A DNA stretch of 61,792 bases, the filler included, from Basidiobolus ranarum (Eukaryota): NCBI GenBank assembly GCA_040143965.1. It is 9 parts of 9 records of this genome, joined end to end, with 100 filler letters (N's around TTAATTAATTAA, not from the genome) between each part and the next. Parts side by side here need not be neighbours in the genome. Positions count along the whole stretch, not along the records: positions 1 to 6,795 come from JASJQH010001243.1; positions 6,896 to 13,689 come from JASJQH010001244.1; positions 13,790 to 20,577 come from JASJQH010001245.1; 6 more parts are not named here. One strand, 5' to 3'. Positions 1 to 13,943 of this stretch are shown here, piece after piece (within the stretch, counting starts at the first letter, position 1; every line of letters starts with the position of its first letter). The notes under the pieces were generated by a model that did not search any database, was not told the DNA's origin, and saw only the letters and a program-made list of their open reading frames with translations. The position numbers and the translations under genes are program-made.

Positions 1-3000
1 CTAAAGTATTTCACTAGTCCATCAATTCTTGTTACACGATCTTAATATGCTTATGATCGGCTTTCCCCAACAACAAACGATGGCCATTCACCGGCAGAAT
101 CGGTTTTCATAGGCAACAGAATTTGGACCCAGCCTTGTGCTACAATCCAAAGGTCAGCATACCCATGAAATCAGACAGCTGGATTGGAAGTCTAATGGAT
201 GGGACCAGGGCAATAGTGAACGAATAACAAACAATATTTGCTGGAATCAACGTACTTTATCAGTGAAAGGTGCAGTTCAGATCTCAACGAGGAAGTTGGG
301 CATCGTCAAGAATTCACTGGTGAAGGAGTCCCCGTGATTCGAATCAACAGTTACTGTTACCTCAATGGAAGAAGTCATTGTATTTCTACGGCTGTGGATG
401 TAGTAGTCCTCAACAATCTAAACTCGATTGCTACTCATTACCAATTTGCGTTGCGCGTATATTTGATTCGCTGTATACTTCGATACATGATGGCTACTGT
501 GATAAATGCCATTTCTATTACCAACCTTAATTTACTATCAAGTTTCTCACTCAGAAATCCTCTGGATAGATGCCTTTTTTAGAACTTAAACAAATGCAGA
601 CTATCGTAGTACGGATGGATAGTGAGGATGCATTATGGCTCACGTTTGCTACCTAAAATATTGTGTTGGGTGTCAGTACAGGTCTGTGTGAGATGAACTT
701 GCTTCATGCTATATACGAGGGCCACAATATCTCGCAAAGCTGAGGTATGACATGATGCTTACTGAATCTACCATTTTCCCACCTAGAGAGATCTTCCCAT
801 TTGCGGAAGTTCAGGCCAACAAAACTCAGGTAGGTTAGTGCAAGCAAAAGTCAGCAATAATGATATCAAGAGCAGGTACAGTGTATCCAGGAAATCTGAG
901 CTATTTTTGGTATACTTTGACCCCAAATGACTTTGCCTGCCCTGCCCATACTTTTTACACAATTTGGTGTATGCTCCTTTGCACTATGACTAGTGGCAAT
1001 GGCCTAAGTCTCCAGATTGTCGCATACAAAAATTATATACTTAAATGCTCGAATAAAAGTTATGTAGGCAGTCTTTTTGAAGCCCTAGCCGTACTTGTGA
1101 AATCTCACTTGCTTTGAACGTAAGTTCGTAGGTATTGCTGTTCAGATTTGTAATTGGAGTCAAACAAGTAACGCCTTCCGAACATGAAGTGGTTGATTTC
1201 CAAGCAAGTTTTCATGAGTTACAATTGTATGTTGAGAGTTGATTGAATTATCGAGTGCGGCAGAACTGTCAGGAAATAATGTGTATTCGGATAGCTTGCT
1301 GGTTCTTGCTCAGATGTTGCACACAATACAAATTGTATAATAATTAATGAATTTGACAACAATTTTTGACACGCTCCTATATCCAATGGGTAGATAGGAA
1401 TGGGTAGGTTTTGATGAAACCAAATGACTGCAGTATGGTATCTAGTTGTAGATCGTTCCTTCAGATAGCGTGTTTCAAATGGAGGTTTGAGTTACTGAAT
1501 AACTGGATTTAGGGACTGCATTGCGAATAGCTGGAGATCCATACCTTTTAACATGGAAGTTTCTAGTGCTTGTCTGGAATACAATCGAGTTCCATCAAAG
1601 CGTAAGCGCTGCATACTTACCTTGATTTTGAAATTGGTTACTATGATCTAGCCAACAAGTCATCTTATATCTGATTGAAAGTAAACAATTTTTTGAGGCA
1701 AATGAAGTTGTATTTGACCGCTATAGGCTTAGCGCTCTCATTTACTCTTTGTATACCGCTTCTTTTTTCCTGACAAAAAGAGTCATACCGTGGTTACGCA
1801 ACCTCCAAAGCTGCTTTGTTTGTGCATGTCAGAAATATTTCCTGGCAAACTATTTCATCTTGTATGCATTATATTATGCGCCAATCGCAATGGTAAAGAA
1901 ATCGGTTGTATTGGCTCAGATGCTATTTCCGGTTTTGGCTTAAATTACATCGACAAATCACTTTACTTTTGAAATGCACAACCCAAAATTCAACTACAAA
2001 GTGAATCCAAGTTCATCACTCCAATGGCAATATGGTTAGCTAGGGATTCCAAGAAAAAAGAAGGTTGGTAAAACAAAGAATATAGCACCCTAATATGCCT
2101 TGTCAAGGTATCGAGCAAAAGTTGAAGCCTTTAATATAGACATAAGTTTACTTTGGAATTGCTTGCACGGTCGAATGACTTGTTCAGTCGACGCGAAGAG
2201 AACTCATTTTCTTAGTAAACACTTCACTACTTGATAGCCTGCCTAATAGTCTAATTCTAATTTGCCGATTTAACTAGATTCTATAGAGGGGATTTAATGA
2301 AAGAGATAACTTAAAGTGAATACCTTAACATCAATTGACAACAGATTAGACACTTTATCAAGTATAGTGTTTCCGTATTTACCCCGATGCAGTCTAAATT
2401 CTACCTTGTTTTCTTCATCGCTCATTACAAAATGATTATTATGAAATAGGCATTTGACCTCAGCGGTAGCTTTTCATATTGGATGTTCAATGCTAAGAAA
2501 TTCTTTTCCATACGATTGATTGCGTGAGGTGAATGTAGAAGTATATATGTACATGAAGACCTGAGTAATTGTATTTTCAATATGGACTATCGGCATACTT
2601 CAACAAAAGGGGTTTTGATTGTATAGAGTCATATTATTCATTTGCTAGAATGGTACATAAAGTATATCGTAATTTTAAAGATAGATTTATATCAGAAAAC
2701 TACACAAAGTACAAGTGAAGCATGGTTTAGAAGCGGAAAGCACTCTTAAACTATATAACTCAAGCTGGAGAGAGTATTGGCTCCATGGCTAATAGTAAAA
2801 TCATTCGGTTGTTTCAAACTATGTGGCTAAACTTTGTGTCATTGTATGAAACCAATCAGTGATTGTAATGAGCCAAATTGCTGAATATCGACAAGTGAGC
2901 ATTCTATTTTGGTGGCTTGTATTCAGATTGAAGCCACGTATACTAGAGATTAGCATTTACGACTGTCTGTTAAAAGAAGCATTACTACTACAATGAGCGG

Positions 3001-3538
3001 CCTATTCTATGGAAATCCAACAATTGGTTGAAGTAACTATAAAACACCAAGTCAGCTTTGCCCATAAGCATCAGTTAATCTACAGAAAGGTATTTTCTGG
3101 AATCAGTCATTGGTGTGAACCCACTATAGTCTTACGCAACATAGATCCAGAGGGAATGGAATGGGCTTCCACTGATGGGAGTCACTCAAGCGCATACTCT
3201 CTTGTTGCAGTGGGCAGTTCTTTGATAATTCAATTGCCACATTACATTATATCAGTGCAATGAATCACTACTGACTACTTGGACGTCATCATAGTTACAA
3301 ATCCGCTTCATACATCTTTTTCAGATTCCGGCTGACAGGAAGTGCAAAGTTTCGTGATGGTTGTATGATCAGTTCACTCCATAGCAATGGTTTACCATGA
3401 TGTCAACCCGCGCATATGATTGCCAGTGGCTCTATGGAGCATTATCAGTATATAAAATGACCGGGATGGCATTACTTAACTCATAAAAGCTGGCTATTCT
3501 AAGCTTCTTACTCTGATTATTCAAAGAAAAACTTCAAC

Positions 3539-5133
3539 ATGTCTATGCTTGATCATCTTCGCCATAATCCTGATCACAAAGCCACTGCTGCAACAACCTC
3601 CGGTGAAGGCAATGTTCTGACAATGAAGGCGGTAGAGTGGGTGAGCACCGCTAAAGTTCATATCAACGATCATAGAGTTCGCGTTGGTTTGACTGTAAGT
3701 TTTGATATAAGAATGTTTTTAGTGAAGTGATCTTGTCGCACTCAACTTGACCTCACTGTAGGATCCTCGCGAGGCAATTGTCAGAATTATTGCTACTACT
3801 ATTTGTGGTAGCGATCTGCACTTATATCATAAAGCTATACCTGGAATGAAATCTGGCGATATAATTGGCCATGAAGGAATTGGCATTGTTGATGAAGTAG
3901 GCGCCAAGTGTACTAAGTTCCAGAAGGGAGACCGCGTCACTATTTCGGCAATAATTGCTTGTGGTGAATGCGAATACTGTAGAAAACAGCAATTCAGTTG
4001 TTGCGACAACACTAATCCTAGCAAAGATATGAATCAAATGTATGGCCATCGCACTGCTGGGCTATTTGGGTACAGCCATCTGACTGGTGGATACTCTGGT
4101 ACTCAGGCTGAATACGTCCGCGTCCCATATGCTGATCAGTGTCTGCTGGCACTTCCTGAAAACATATCTGATGAGAATGCTCTACTCCTCTCAGATGTTG
4201 CTTGTACTTCTTGGCATGCCAATGAGCTTGGAGAAGTTCATGAGGGTGATGTTGTATGTATTTGGGGTGCTGGTAAGTTGAGCTAACATTGATGATCCAC
4301 ATGTCAGCTAATAAATGTTGCTTTGTATCTCATTCGTCAGGTCCAATCGGATTAGCCACTTCTTACTGGGCCAAATTTCGCGGCGCCTCACGTGTTTTGG
4401 TGGTTGACAACGTTCCTGAAAGGCTTGAACTTGCAAAAGTTCGTACTGGAGCAGAGATTATCGATTACAATGATGGGGATGTATCCGAGCAATTGAAGAA
4501 ATTGGTTCCAGGAGGTGTTGATGTTGCAATAGAGTGTGTCGGCTCACGATATACTAAAACCTTATCGCATAAAATTCAAATGGCTATTGGCTTGGAAACA
4601 GATAGTGTAGATGTGCTCATTGAGTGTATAAAGTCCGTGAAAAAAGGTACCTTTGACGTTCTTTCTCGAAGCAAATGAATGTTGACACTAGAGCTATATT
4701 GTAGGTGGTTGTGTTTCTATCATCGGTGATTATGTGGGACTGGCAAACCAATTCCCCATTGGTAAGGCATAATGAGTTGAGTAGTTTTGGAAATATTGTT
4801 AACTGAGTTGTAGGTGCCATGGTGGAAAAATCACTCACTGTTCGTGGAGGACAGCTGTTTGCACAAAAATACTGGCCGTACTTGATTGACCTCTTTTCGA
4901 GTGGGAAGGCTGATTTGAGTTGGGTCTTCACCAATCGTATGGATCTGGAACAAGGTAAAGAATAGTACAATCGTCATACTGTGAAATCATCAGCATCACA
5001 CTAATTCTTGCTAAAAGCGGATGATGCCTATGTCATGTTTGATAAAAAGAAAGAGGGATGCGTGAAGGTTGCATTGTATACAGCCTTTGGCAGATCCTTA
5101 ACCCAGGATGCAGTAGCTCCACAAGGCCTTTGA
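3539..5133 (+). CDS. Zn-dependent medium-chain dehydrogenase (glutathione-dependent formaldehyde dehydrogenase-like/YbdR-like), 6 exons
   Basis: Spliced by hand with introns 3695-3761, 4273-4340, 4647-4704, 4762-4813 and 4955-5017. Motifs: ICGSDLH, GHEGIG, structural Zn CGECEYC..C and Rossmann GAGPIG. Stop TGA at 5131-5133. Confidence 0.9.
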
Positions 5134-6119
5134 GTCAGAATGAATATTCTAATGCAAGAAAACTATTTCCATATAACCTATGGATCCCAAACTATCTGAT
5201 AGCAGAATTTATTTCCCTGTACTTCAATCCATCTTCTTGGCTAACAATTTCAGAATAAGAACATGCATAAGAATAAAAATTACTACTCAAATATAGGCTT
5301 TCCCATAGAAGTTGACAGTGTGATGAAGTTACATTTATTGCACCTCTATTCATAATGTAAATAATGCCAAATCGATGCGTTTCCAGAAGGATTCAAGTTC
5401 TAAAAGCACAGAAGTGGAAACTAACTTACTATTGGCTTGATGGATACAATCACTCATTGCGATTCAAACAAATGTAAAGAGGATAAAATGCATCGGAATG
5501 GTAGGATTATGAGGATGAATGTCACCCAGTGAGTGGGTACTGTCTCCTTTAAAATACTAAATAAAAAAGCAAAATATAGTAGTATTACTCTTAAACATAG
5601 TGAAAAATATTGGATAAAGCATCGAATACTGTTATAGAGCAATATATAAAGTTACATAAGTTATGTATTCATAAGTAACTTATATGAGGGTTTTGATAGT
5701 GTGTTACTCATATATGTATAGTATTGGTAGAAAGTTGGTTAACTTATATAATTGTTACATGTAAATGAGGTGCAATGCGCCTACTTGATGAAGTCCCAGT
5801 AAGATCGTTACCAGGTGAACGCTATCTTATAATTAAAAATGATTAAAATATAAGAACATACTCCATTCCAACTATTCGGTGTTAATTTCCACTGACAGCA
5901 ACTATGAATCATTAGGTAGGCAGCTCCAGTGTTGACGAGTATTCTAATATTGGTGGCTTGATTTAGACTCTCGTTCTTGTATCAGTTTTGCAGTGCTCCA
6001 AGTTTGATACATGTAAACAGAGGTTTATTGAATCTCGAAAGCAACTCTATTATATCATACATTATAGGTATATATATATATATTTGAGTGTCATTGACAA
6101 GTCAAAATAGTACGTCGGT

Positions 6120-6795
6120 ATGCATCCCAATCTCAATTTACTCTTTATCTCCGCTTTCATGGGCCAAGTATCTGTTGGAGTTCCTTTGAGTGCGTCTTCT
6201 TCCAGTTATAGTAATATAGCAGCACCACGATCTAATCAGTTGATGGGAGGCATTGAGGATCAGTTCTTATCTACGCAACCATCCAAATCAGACAGTCAGT
6301 CTAAACAGTTCCCGCTCCTCAAGCAATTAGTTGGTACGGTCGCCAGGAAATATGCCAATCTAAATCATGCCAGCGTCAATAGTCAAGGAAAGCCAAGCAC
6401 TAAATATCAGTTTGGACCCAACTTTGGAGCCGAAAGTACCATACAGAAATCTAACCAAGGTGGACTCAGGGTTTTCAAGTCAAATGCTGCGGTTAACATC
6501 TTTGCTGGATTGACTAATACTCCACAGGAAACTCAAGGTGATGAAGCAAACTACCCAATACGGTCCCTGAGGAATTCAGAGTCAGGAAGCAGAGCGTCAG
6601 TCCACCAATTTGGGAATGCTTTGGGTAAATCTTTACCTCAGCAAGCCTTACTTGATCGAGTTCAACAGAATTCAGCACAGACTGGACACGCTTTGTCAGA
6701 TTCCAATCAGTTTGACCAAATACAACGGATTGATCAAACACTATATCAGCGATTTCGGCCTGTACAGGACTCTGAGCCTCCTCAAACTTCAAATG
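6120..6795 (+). CDS. Putative secreted Ser/Gln/Asn-rich protein, truncated at contig end
   Basis: Open frame of ~225 codons runs to the contig edge; hydrophobic N-terminus MHPNLNLLFISAFMGQVSVGVP; TATA-rich sequence upstream; no recognisable domain. Confidence 0.55.
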
Positions 6796-6895
6796 NNNNN
6801 NNNNNNNNNNNNNNNNNNNNNNNNNNNNNNNNNNNNNNNTTAATTAATTAANNNNNNNNNNNNNNNNNNNNNNNNNNNNNNNNNNNNNNNNNNNN
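6796..6895. other. Artificial contig linker
   Basis: N44-TTAATTAATTAA-N44, giving stops in all six frames. Confidence 0.98.
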
Positions 6896-7074
6896 AGCCC
6901 CAAACTTTGCACACATGTTCCTGGGACCTTCCTTAACATATTCTACACGTTAGTTTGCTTACATCTTGACAAAACTATAAATGTCAACTGAATACTCAAT
7001 AAATCAATAAGTGAAAACCACCAATTCCTCTAATTCTCAAAACCACTTCCAACAGGCTCCCAAATACTTTAACA
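6896..7074 (+). mobile_element. Partial copia-family LTR (3' part)
   Basis: Matches the copies at 40531-40710, 40827-41003 and 61634-61792 (reverse complement); ends ...TACTTTAACA. Confidence 0.8.
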
Positions 7075-7085
7075 GTATTTAAGCT

Positions 7086-7140
7086 AAATAAAGTCCACAC
7101 CATCTGGTGCTTTTTATCCCCCCATAATCCTAACCCTAAT
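7086..7140 (+). repeat. Dispersed repeat AAATAAAG..CACACCA-CTGGTGCTTTT-ATCCCCC with telomere-like CCTAACCCTAA tail
   Basis: Recurs at 7330-7369 and at 13907-13943 on a different contig. Confidence 0.65.
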
Positions 7141-7828
7141 TCACCTGTATATCAAATAGTAGAAATAAAGCTAACTGAACCTTTTGTTCAGTAAAGTTCA
7201 AGATGTTTTATCTACTTTTCTCTTGAACATAACAGTCCTCAAGTTAAGTATAGATATGATCCAGTATTATCACAGTATCTTAGAAGATTATTGTCTTGAT
7301 TGTCATTTTGTTTAGATTCATATATAAGCAAATAAAGTTCACACCACCTGGTGCTTTTCATCCCCCTAAGGGGCTATAGTTATGTTGCATTCTGTTTCTG
7401 ATATATGTACTATAACTAAAGTTAACTAAGATGTTGAATAAAGATTAATTATCCAACACTATTAGCACTCACTATTTAAGATTGCATTGACTTTACACAC
7501 TCCATTATCTCTTGCCTGACAGAAGTGACTGATTGAACAATATTCAGGTAACAAATGGGACAGCCATTACATGATTAGATCCGGAGTAAACAAGATTACT
7601 CTATGCACAGCCTACAATAATGTACTACTATAATCAAATGAGCATATAAAATCTGGTTGAAAAAATTACCGTATTTTCCTCGAACTATTTTTTTTTGCTA
7701 TGATTGAGACTTTGGAGGAAGCAATACTTGCTTGACTGCTGTTGCCATCTGGAATTAGTGTTTATATTCAGCGTATCAGGAATGTTTTTTTTATTCACGT
7801 AGAGCATGTTGAGACATTAACCTGTTGG

Positions 7829-8575
7829 TTAGAAAAGTGCACAATAATTCTTAGCGCAGGAGGTACTTTCAAAGCCACAGTCTTGATCCGTAGTGCATCT
7901 TTGATATGAGGTTCCACTACAGATGAGTAAGATTAATTACTGATGCAAGGAGTACATGACACTACGGTTGGAGTTAGTGAATATCATTGCTACCTTTTAA
8001 TGTTATTTATATAACACCACTCAGGAGCACTCTGTGGTGGAGCTGCGTATCCAATGCCAAATGAGAGGATTCCTATACCACCATGGCACTTGCAACAATA
8101 TTAATGAGCTTTTCTATGAAGCAGCCATAGTTACTTTGGTACTTACCCTTCTCCAGCAATACCCTTTGTGACAGCCACAGATATCCTTCCCGCCTTTCTG
8201 TTTGGTGACTCCACAGGTGAGGTCACTCTTTTCCCAAGAGTCAATGACATGGTTCAAACGATCAAGAGCATCGAAGAATATATCCACTCCATCAGACGCG
8301 TCACGCTTTTCTACCTTATGATCTGGTTGGCCTAAGCTGGTGGTGAATTTCTGTATCACCTTCACACAATCTTTAAGCCTTGCTTCCTTACTGACTGGAA
8401 CGAAAGTCAATGTAGCCGGGAATTCTTCACTGCACTCTTTAACATTTCTGTATAGCTCCACATACTCCGGGGCGGCAGTGAGCTCGGGATCGTAACGATC
8501 AAGAGGGCCAGCAAAAGCAGATGCAAGCATCAAAGCCATGGGAATACTAGTCAAGAGGTTTTGGAAGAAATACAT
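7829..8575 (-). CDS. Secreted prepro-protein with KR (Kex2-type) site and 10-Cys C-terminal domain, 3 exons
   Basis: Exons 8575-8147, 8088-7994 and 7916-7829 splice in frame via GT-AG introns. Signal peptide MYFFQNLLTSIPMALMLASAFA; EKR|DAS; C-terminus ...ICGCHKGYCWRRC...EWCY...YQRCTTDQDCGFESTSCAKNYCALF*. Confidence 0.8.
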
Positions 8576-11547
8576 TTCAATTGTTGGTTTATGTTGACAG
8601 TATAGTCGATTTACGTATTTTATAGATAAAACAAGGGCAGGCACATAGTGTTGAGCTGGGCTGAAAAGATACTTTTTGAGAGTTTCTCTGTTACGTGACC
8701 CAACCGGCCTTTCTAAAAGGCTCTCTCGTTTGGGCACTTGCACTCATCTTCACTAATTAGTTATATTGCAAGCGACTTGTCATACACTTCACCATGTAAG
8801 TGGAAATATTTGCCCATTGACATGTTTTCTCAATCAGACTTATGCGTTGCCCATAAGGACACTTGACGCACTTTTACATTTAGGTTAAGACATGGGCAGT
8901 CTACGGTTAGAGTACTATAGCCCAGATATAATTCCAGAATTACTTCCACTACTGGTATTATTTCATGCACAAAAGCCACATCCCAAATTAGGGAAACAAA
9001 CAAAATAGGAGAGACGATCAGGCCAAACATATATGATAATTTTGGGATGTTAGGGTTAGGGTCATATTGATACAATTCGTAATAAATATTTGTGATTTGT
9101 TAATATATAAAGGTCACAATTAATAATAAGTTCGTCACTCAAATAGTCAATAAGTGGATTTGGAGCGTTTATGGAAATGATGATGAAAAAGGTTGAAAGC
9201 TCCTTTCTGATTGACTGGTAAAAACATTTGGAACCCCATGTAGAACCGGCATTCGTGATACTACCATTTATCTTGAATTCGCGGACTAGGATCTGATCAA
9301 GTATTCTCTCAGGTGATCCTATTCTTGAGCTCATTATTGTTATGGTGGCCACAACGCATAAACACCTTATGCTTCAAAAATTTATTACTTACTACATTTT
9401 AGACCATCAATGCCTGCTTTGGAGCTATATTAAGTTTAGAATTGGCATTGTTTCCGGTGCGCTTTCTCTAAATGAGAGTAAGACTGTTGATGTATGGACC
9501 ATTAGTTAATGGAAGGACAATGAATGTTTATGAGAACCATTTTCATTGTCAAAGGGATGCTTGTTTGTGTATCAACAGGTTTGCTGTTGGTCCAACAATG
9601 TGTGGGCTAAGTTGACAGACCTGCATACCAACAATCGCATCAGCTTCACTACTGTGCTAACTCCTCTGCCACTCATTTTGCTAATGACTAACAATAATCC
9701 ATAAAATATATTCCATCAGTATTTCATCTTTACATTGGAATGATCATCTTTTCATACCTAAATACGTTACATTTCTTCACAAACACATCAAAGTTAGTTA
9801 GGTTGAATATTATCTCATGTATTGGCGCACTAATATTTGGGAATATTGCCATGAATCAAGAATCAGGAATTTTGAACTTCAAATCTCAATATCAAACAAA
9901 GTCAATAGATGACTCATACTCTTCCTACAGTTACTGTGAGTGTGATTCTATCGTATTTTTGGTATGCAAGCTTCTGGCTTGCTTAGTAACGTTTCCTGCT
10001 GGCTTGGGTTGTTACCTTTGCAAACCTTACTATCACCTTATATGCATCAGAGGTACCTTGAAATAAATCTTTTTTAGCTCCATTAATCTAGGGTAACATA
10101 TCTTAGCTTTATGACATAATTAAGCCCTTGACTGCTTTAAAACTTGAATATTGTAGCTTCATAGCCATGGATCAACAGTTTGCTATTTTTCAGTAAATTG
10201 TACATATAGAACTCTATTCTAGATATCACTGAGGTTTCCTAACGCAGTGGGTAATTTTTAGATCCAACCACCGGCTGGCTTTCCGCCTTTATATGTGAGC
10301 AATCTTCCCAGTTTCTACCTTAACTGTGGCATGAAATACCAAACACTTATATGGTGGCATATCATTTGCTAGGTGAGGGCTTTGGTAGACAAATCAATAT
10401 CTGGAAGTTAGTCATCAACCGAATAGTGACTATAATTTACAAAGTCACAACTAAATATGGTGAATTTCTTATACTGAGTTTTGAAAAGGAAAGGTCTGAA
10501 GGTAGTAGCGAATACTTCTATATCATAATCAAGCCAATGAAGAGAGTAAAGAGCATAATTCACTCTCTTAGCTCCATGCGTAACACATTACGGGCAAGAC
10601 TATTCTAGATGTTATCAGTTGTAGGTTAAAAGTTAGTATCTCGAATCCACAGCATGTTACAAATCACTCGCTCTAGATGACATTTGCAAGCACTTTCGGT
10701 AATCTAGCAGTAGCTTGTTTTAGTATACTACGTATATAGTCAGGTCATTCTATTAAGTGATCGTTCGAGTTGTAGCCTTTTTTCCGTATGTAACCTCCCA
10801 TCGGAGTCTAGATTCTGTATTTTACTACTGTGTCGCTCTTGCTGCCTTCCTTCATAAGCAGTCTTGAGTCGTAGAATTCGGTTTGGTAACTGCATCAATA
10901 GATTACTAATCACTCCCTATTGACACACTGATGAACTAAAACCTGATTCGGTGGTTTTATTTGCTATATAGTGACAGCCATACTTTACTTTGGTAATAAA
11001 CTCTGTCCCACTTTAAGGTATGGTTGTACCTACTACTGGTAATACCATCTACCCCTTAGAAAACCCATTCTGCTGATTGAAGACACTTTAAATAAAAATC
11101 TACGAGGTGTATGTATCCATAGTATCGCACAACTAGTGCCTAATTTATTTTTTGCCAACAACTCCCCACAGCAGTCAGCATACATAAGAAGAGCTATTAG
11201 CTCTAGAGAAATATTACTAAAGGTTAGAGACCGATTAGTAAAACCTAACTTTAAAATTTGGAATTTCTATTTTGGTCGCATTAGAAGCAAACCCGTAGTT
11301 ATGGACCAATGGATCAAGATTTACTAATCAGATTTACCAGAAAAATCACTTGTATCACCAAAATGACAGTTGAGTCCTATAACGCTGGATGACACCATTC
11401 TAACAAACTATTTGACCATTGCTTCCAATATCGTGAGAAAGAGTTTTCATGTGCGAAGGTTGGATTTCTGGCTTTATTAGATGAACTATATAAGAAGGTA
11501 CTTAACTTGATATCACTCTATAAACACTACTCTATAGCAATCACATC

Positions 11548-12716
11548 ATGACAGCTGCCATTCCTGTTCTAGACCTATCGCTTTGGACATCTGAAGATCG
11601 AGTACACAAAGCCATGTTTTTGAAGGAGCTTCGCCATGCGCTTATTCATGTTGGCTTCTTCTATGTTCGCAATCATGCAGTATCTCCGGAACTAATTGAG
11701 GATATTCTTACGCAATCTAAACAATTTTTTCACTTGCCGTTGGAGGAAAAACGTTCTCTGGAAATAGAGAACAGTCCCCAATTCAGAGGATACACTGCCA
11801 TGAGTAAGTACTATAATTGTTTGGCCATTCAGACAAGGTTACTAAGCAAGAGTTTAATTTACCAGAGAATGAAGTGACCGATCACAAGCTTGACAACCGC
11901 GAGCAAATTGACTTTGGGTCCGAGTTACCAATTAAAACCGACCTTACCAGTGATTCACCCACTTTCTTGCGTCTCACAGGTCCAAACCAATGGCCTAATA
12001 AGGATTTACTCCCGAATTTCAAACCAACAGTACTTCAGTTTATGAAAGAAACCGAACGAATCTCTTTATCTCTAGTTCAAGCTATTGCAGAGACTCTAGG
12101 ATTACCAGGAAATTTCTTGGAATCCACCTTCAATACGGAGCCCTATTACCGTCTCAAAGTAGTACGCTATCCATCTATGGGTGACCCGGTGGATCAACCT
12201 GAGGAGCATGGATTAGGTGTTGGGCCACACAAGGTTAGTTTATCTATGATGTTTAGGGCTAGAGTTAGAGCACTAACGTAACCATTTGTCGTATAGGATT
12301 ATGGCTTTTTGACTATTTTACTACAAGATAACGTTGGAGGCTTACAAATTCAAACTCAACAAGGAGAATGGATTGATGCCCCATCTATTCCGGACACATT
12401 CGTAGTGAATATTGGAGAAGCCTTTGAACGATTAACTCAATGTTGCTTTGTAGCCACCACCCATCGAGTTCTTAATAATCGTTCTGGTAAAGATCGATTC
12501 TCAGTTCCATTCTTCTTCAACCCTTCTTTGGATGCCATTGTTCCCAATATTAATGTACCCGAGGATATCCTGGCCGAATGTAGTAAAGTATACATTTCTG
12601 ATGTCAAACAAGAGCAATTACTTCAAGATCCGGCTTATGGAGTGAATGCATTTGGTGGTCTTTGCCGATCACATCCAAGTGTTGTAGCAAGACATTATCC
12701 TGAACTTCGATCCTAA
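11548..12716 (+). CDS. 2-oxoglutarate/Fe(II) dioxygenase, isopenicillin N synthase-like (DIOX_N + 2OG-FeII_Oxy), 3 exons
   Basis: IPVLDLS and GFFYVRNH; H-K-D motif spans intron 12234-12296; distal His in THRV; RFS motif; first intron 11804-11865. Confidence 0.92.
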
Positions 12717-13689
12717 CTAATAACACTCCTCTCGATGCTACCAGCCTATCATTGTATTATGTCACCACTTTTGAATGAAACATATATAAACGCTTTCCTA
12801 ATGATTTTAACCTTTGAAATCTTTAGTGAAATTCTCTACCATTCTTGTACTTTGCGTTATTGCCACTATATTGTCATCTAAAATTATACTGAGCATTTTT
12901 TCTTGTGAATCTATCTTAAAAGCCCAATACCATCTTTACAAATCTATTCTACTCAATCATTGGACTCCTATTTTGTCAACGCTCCAACACTCTTACTGAT
13001 ACTTGCCAATTATTGAATGCCACACTGGTATCACACAGTTATCAAGTCAAGAAAGTCTCTATATTGATGAATTCTTGCAATGGAAACGTAGGAGAGTCTG
13101 CATGACAAATATGACTTTCATATAGTAGCAGTAATAATGAAAGATTGGCTTCAAATGAACAATATAATATCAGTAATTGAATTCTAAGTGAGGTACCCGA
13201 ATTTTTTACCATGGCCATACACTTACTCCAGCATGTCATAATAGGCCAGAAAATATTGTAATCTGGCTTGCTATATCAGGCTTTAATAAATGGAAACTAA
13301 TTATAACTTCTTGCTCATATAAGCTCATTGGACATTTCATAATTGATCTTTCAATTTAACAGCACCACAAACAAGATTACTTTCCTTAACCTTTGATTGA
13401 ACTATACCACTATATTTAGAGTTAAAGAATAAGCCCACAATTAAATACACTAGAAGTTTCTAAAATAGATATATCTCCTATGTATCTTTCATGGCTGTGA
13501 GTAAAAAATCTGATATTCTTAAATTGATATTGACACAATGATATTACTTAAATGGAGAGTACCCCAATTGACTGGATACCATATATCTGACAGGTAGTCC
13601 TAAATTGGACAAGTGCTTAACCATGATGTAGTCATGATTGAAGCTGAAAATGATCTTGGCTGTGTAGAGCATCTATATCTCAACAAATA

Positions 13690-13789
13690 NNNNNNNNNNN
13701 NNNNNNNNNNNNNNNNNNNNNNNNNNNNNNNNNTTAATTAATTAANNNNNNNNNNNNNNNNNNNNNNNNNNNNNNNNNNNNNNNNNNNN
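13690..13789. other. Artificial contig linker
   Basis: N44-TTAATTAATTAA-N44. Confidence 0.98.
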
Positions 13790-13906
13790 ATTCATACAAA
13801 TACTCCTGATCTCCATACATTAGTTAAGAAACTACAAAAGTAGTTATGGCTTCTTTGTTTTGTTTGAAATAAAGATTTCACCTTTGGGTGACTGTCTCCC
13901 GCCCTA

Positions 13907-13943
13907 TCTGGTGCTTTTCATCCCCCCTAACCCCTAACCCTAA
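13907..13943 (+). repeat. Copy of the dispersed repeat with telomere-like tail
   Basis: TCTGGTGCTTTTCATCCCCCCTAACCCCTAACCCTAA. Confidence 0.65.

Noticed and set aside
1-3300. Short ORFs in the first 3.3 kb
   Set aside because: No recognisable motifs or splice structure; possibly decayed sequence that I cannot assign.
6840-6851. TTAATTAATTAA palindrome recurring every ~6.9 kb as a biological periodic signal
   Set aside because: It is always centred in exactly 88 Ns, so it is an artificial stop linker.
8830-10608. ORFs of 81-108 aa in contig 2
   Set aside because: Composition is typical of chance ORFs in AT-rich DNA; the PNPN stretch simply comes from a TTAGGG tract.
11548-12716. Beta-lactam or secondary-metabolite cluster around the IPNS-like oxygenase
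   Set aside because: No NRPS, PKS or tailoring genes on the contig; the family is common as stand-alone genes.
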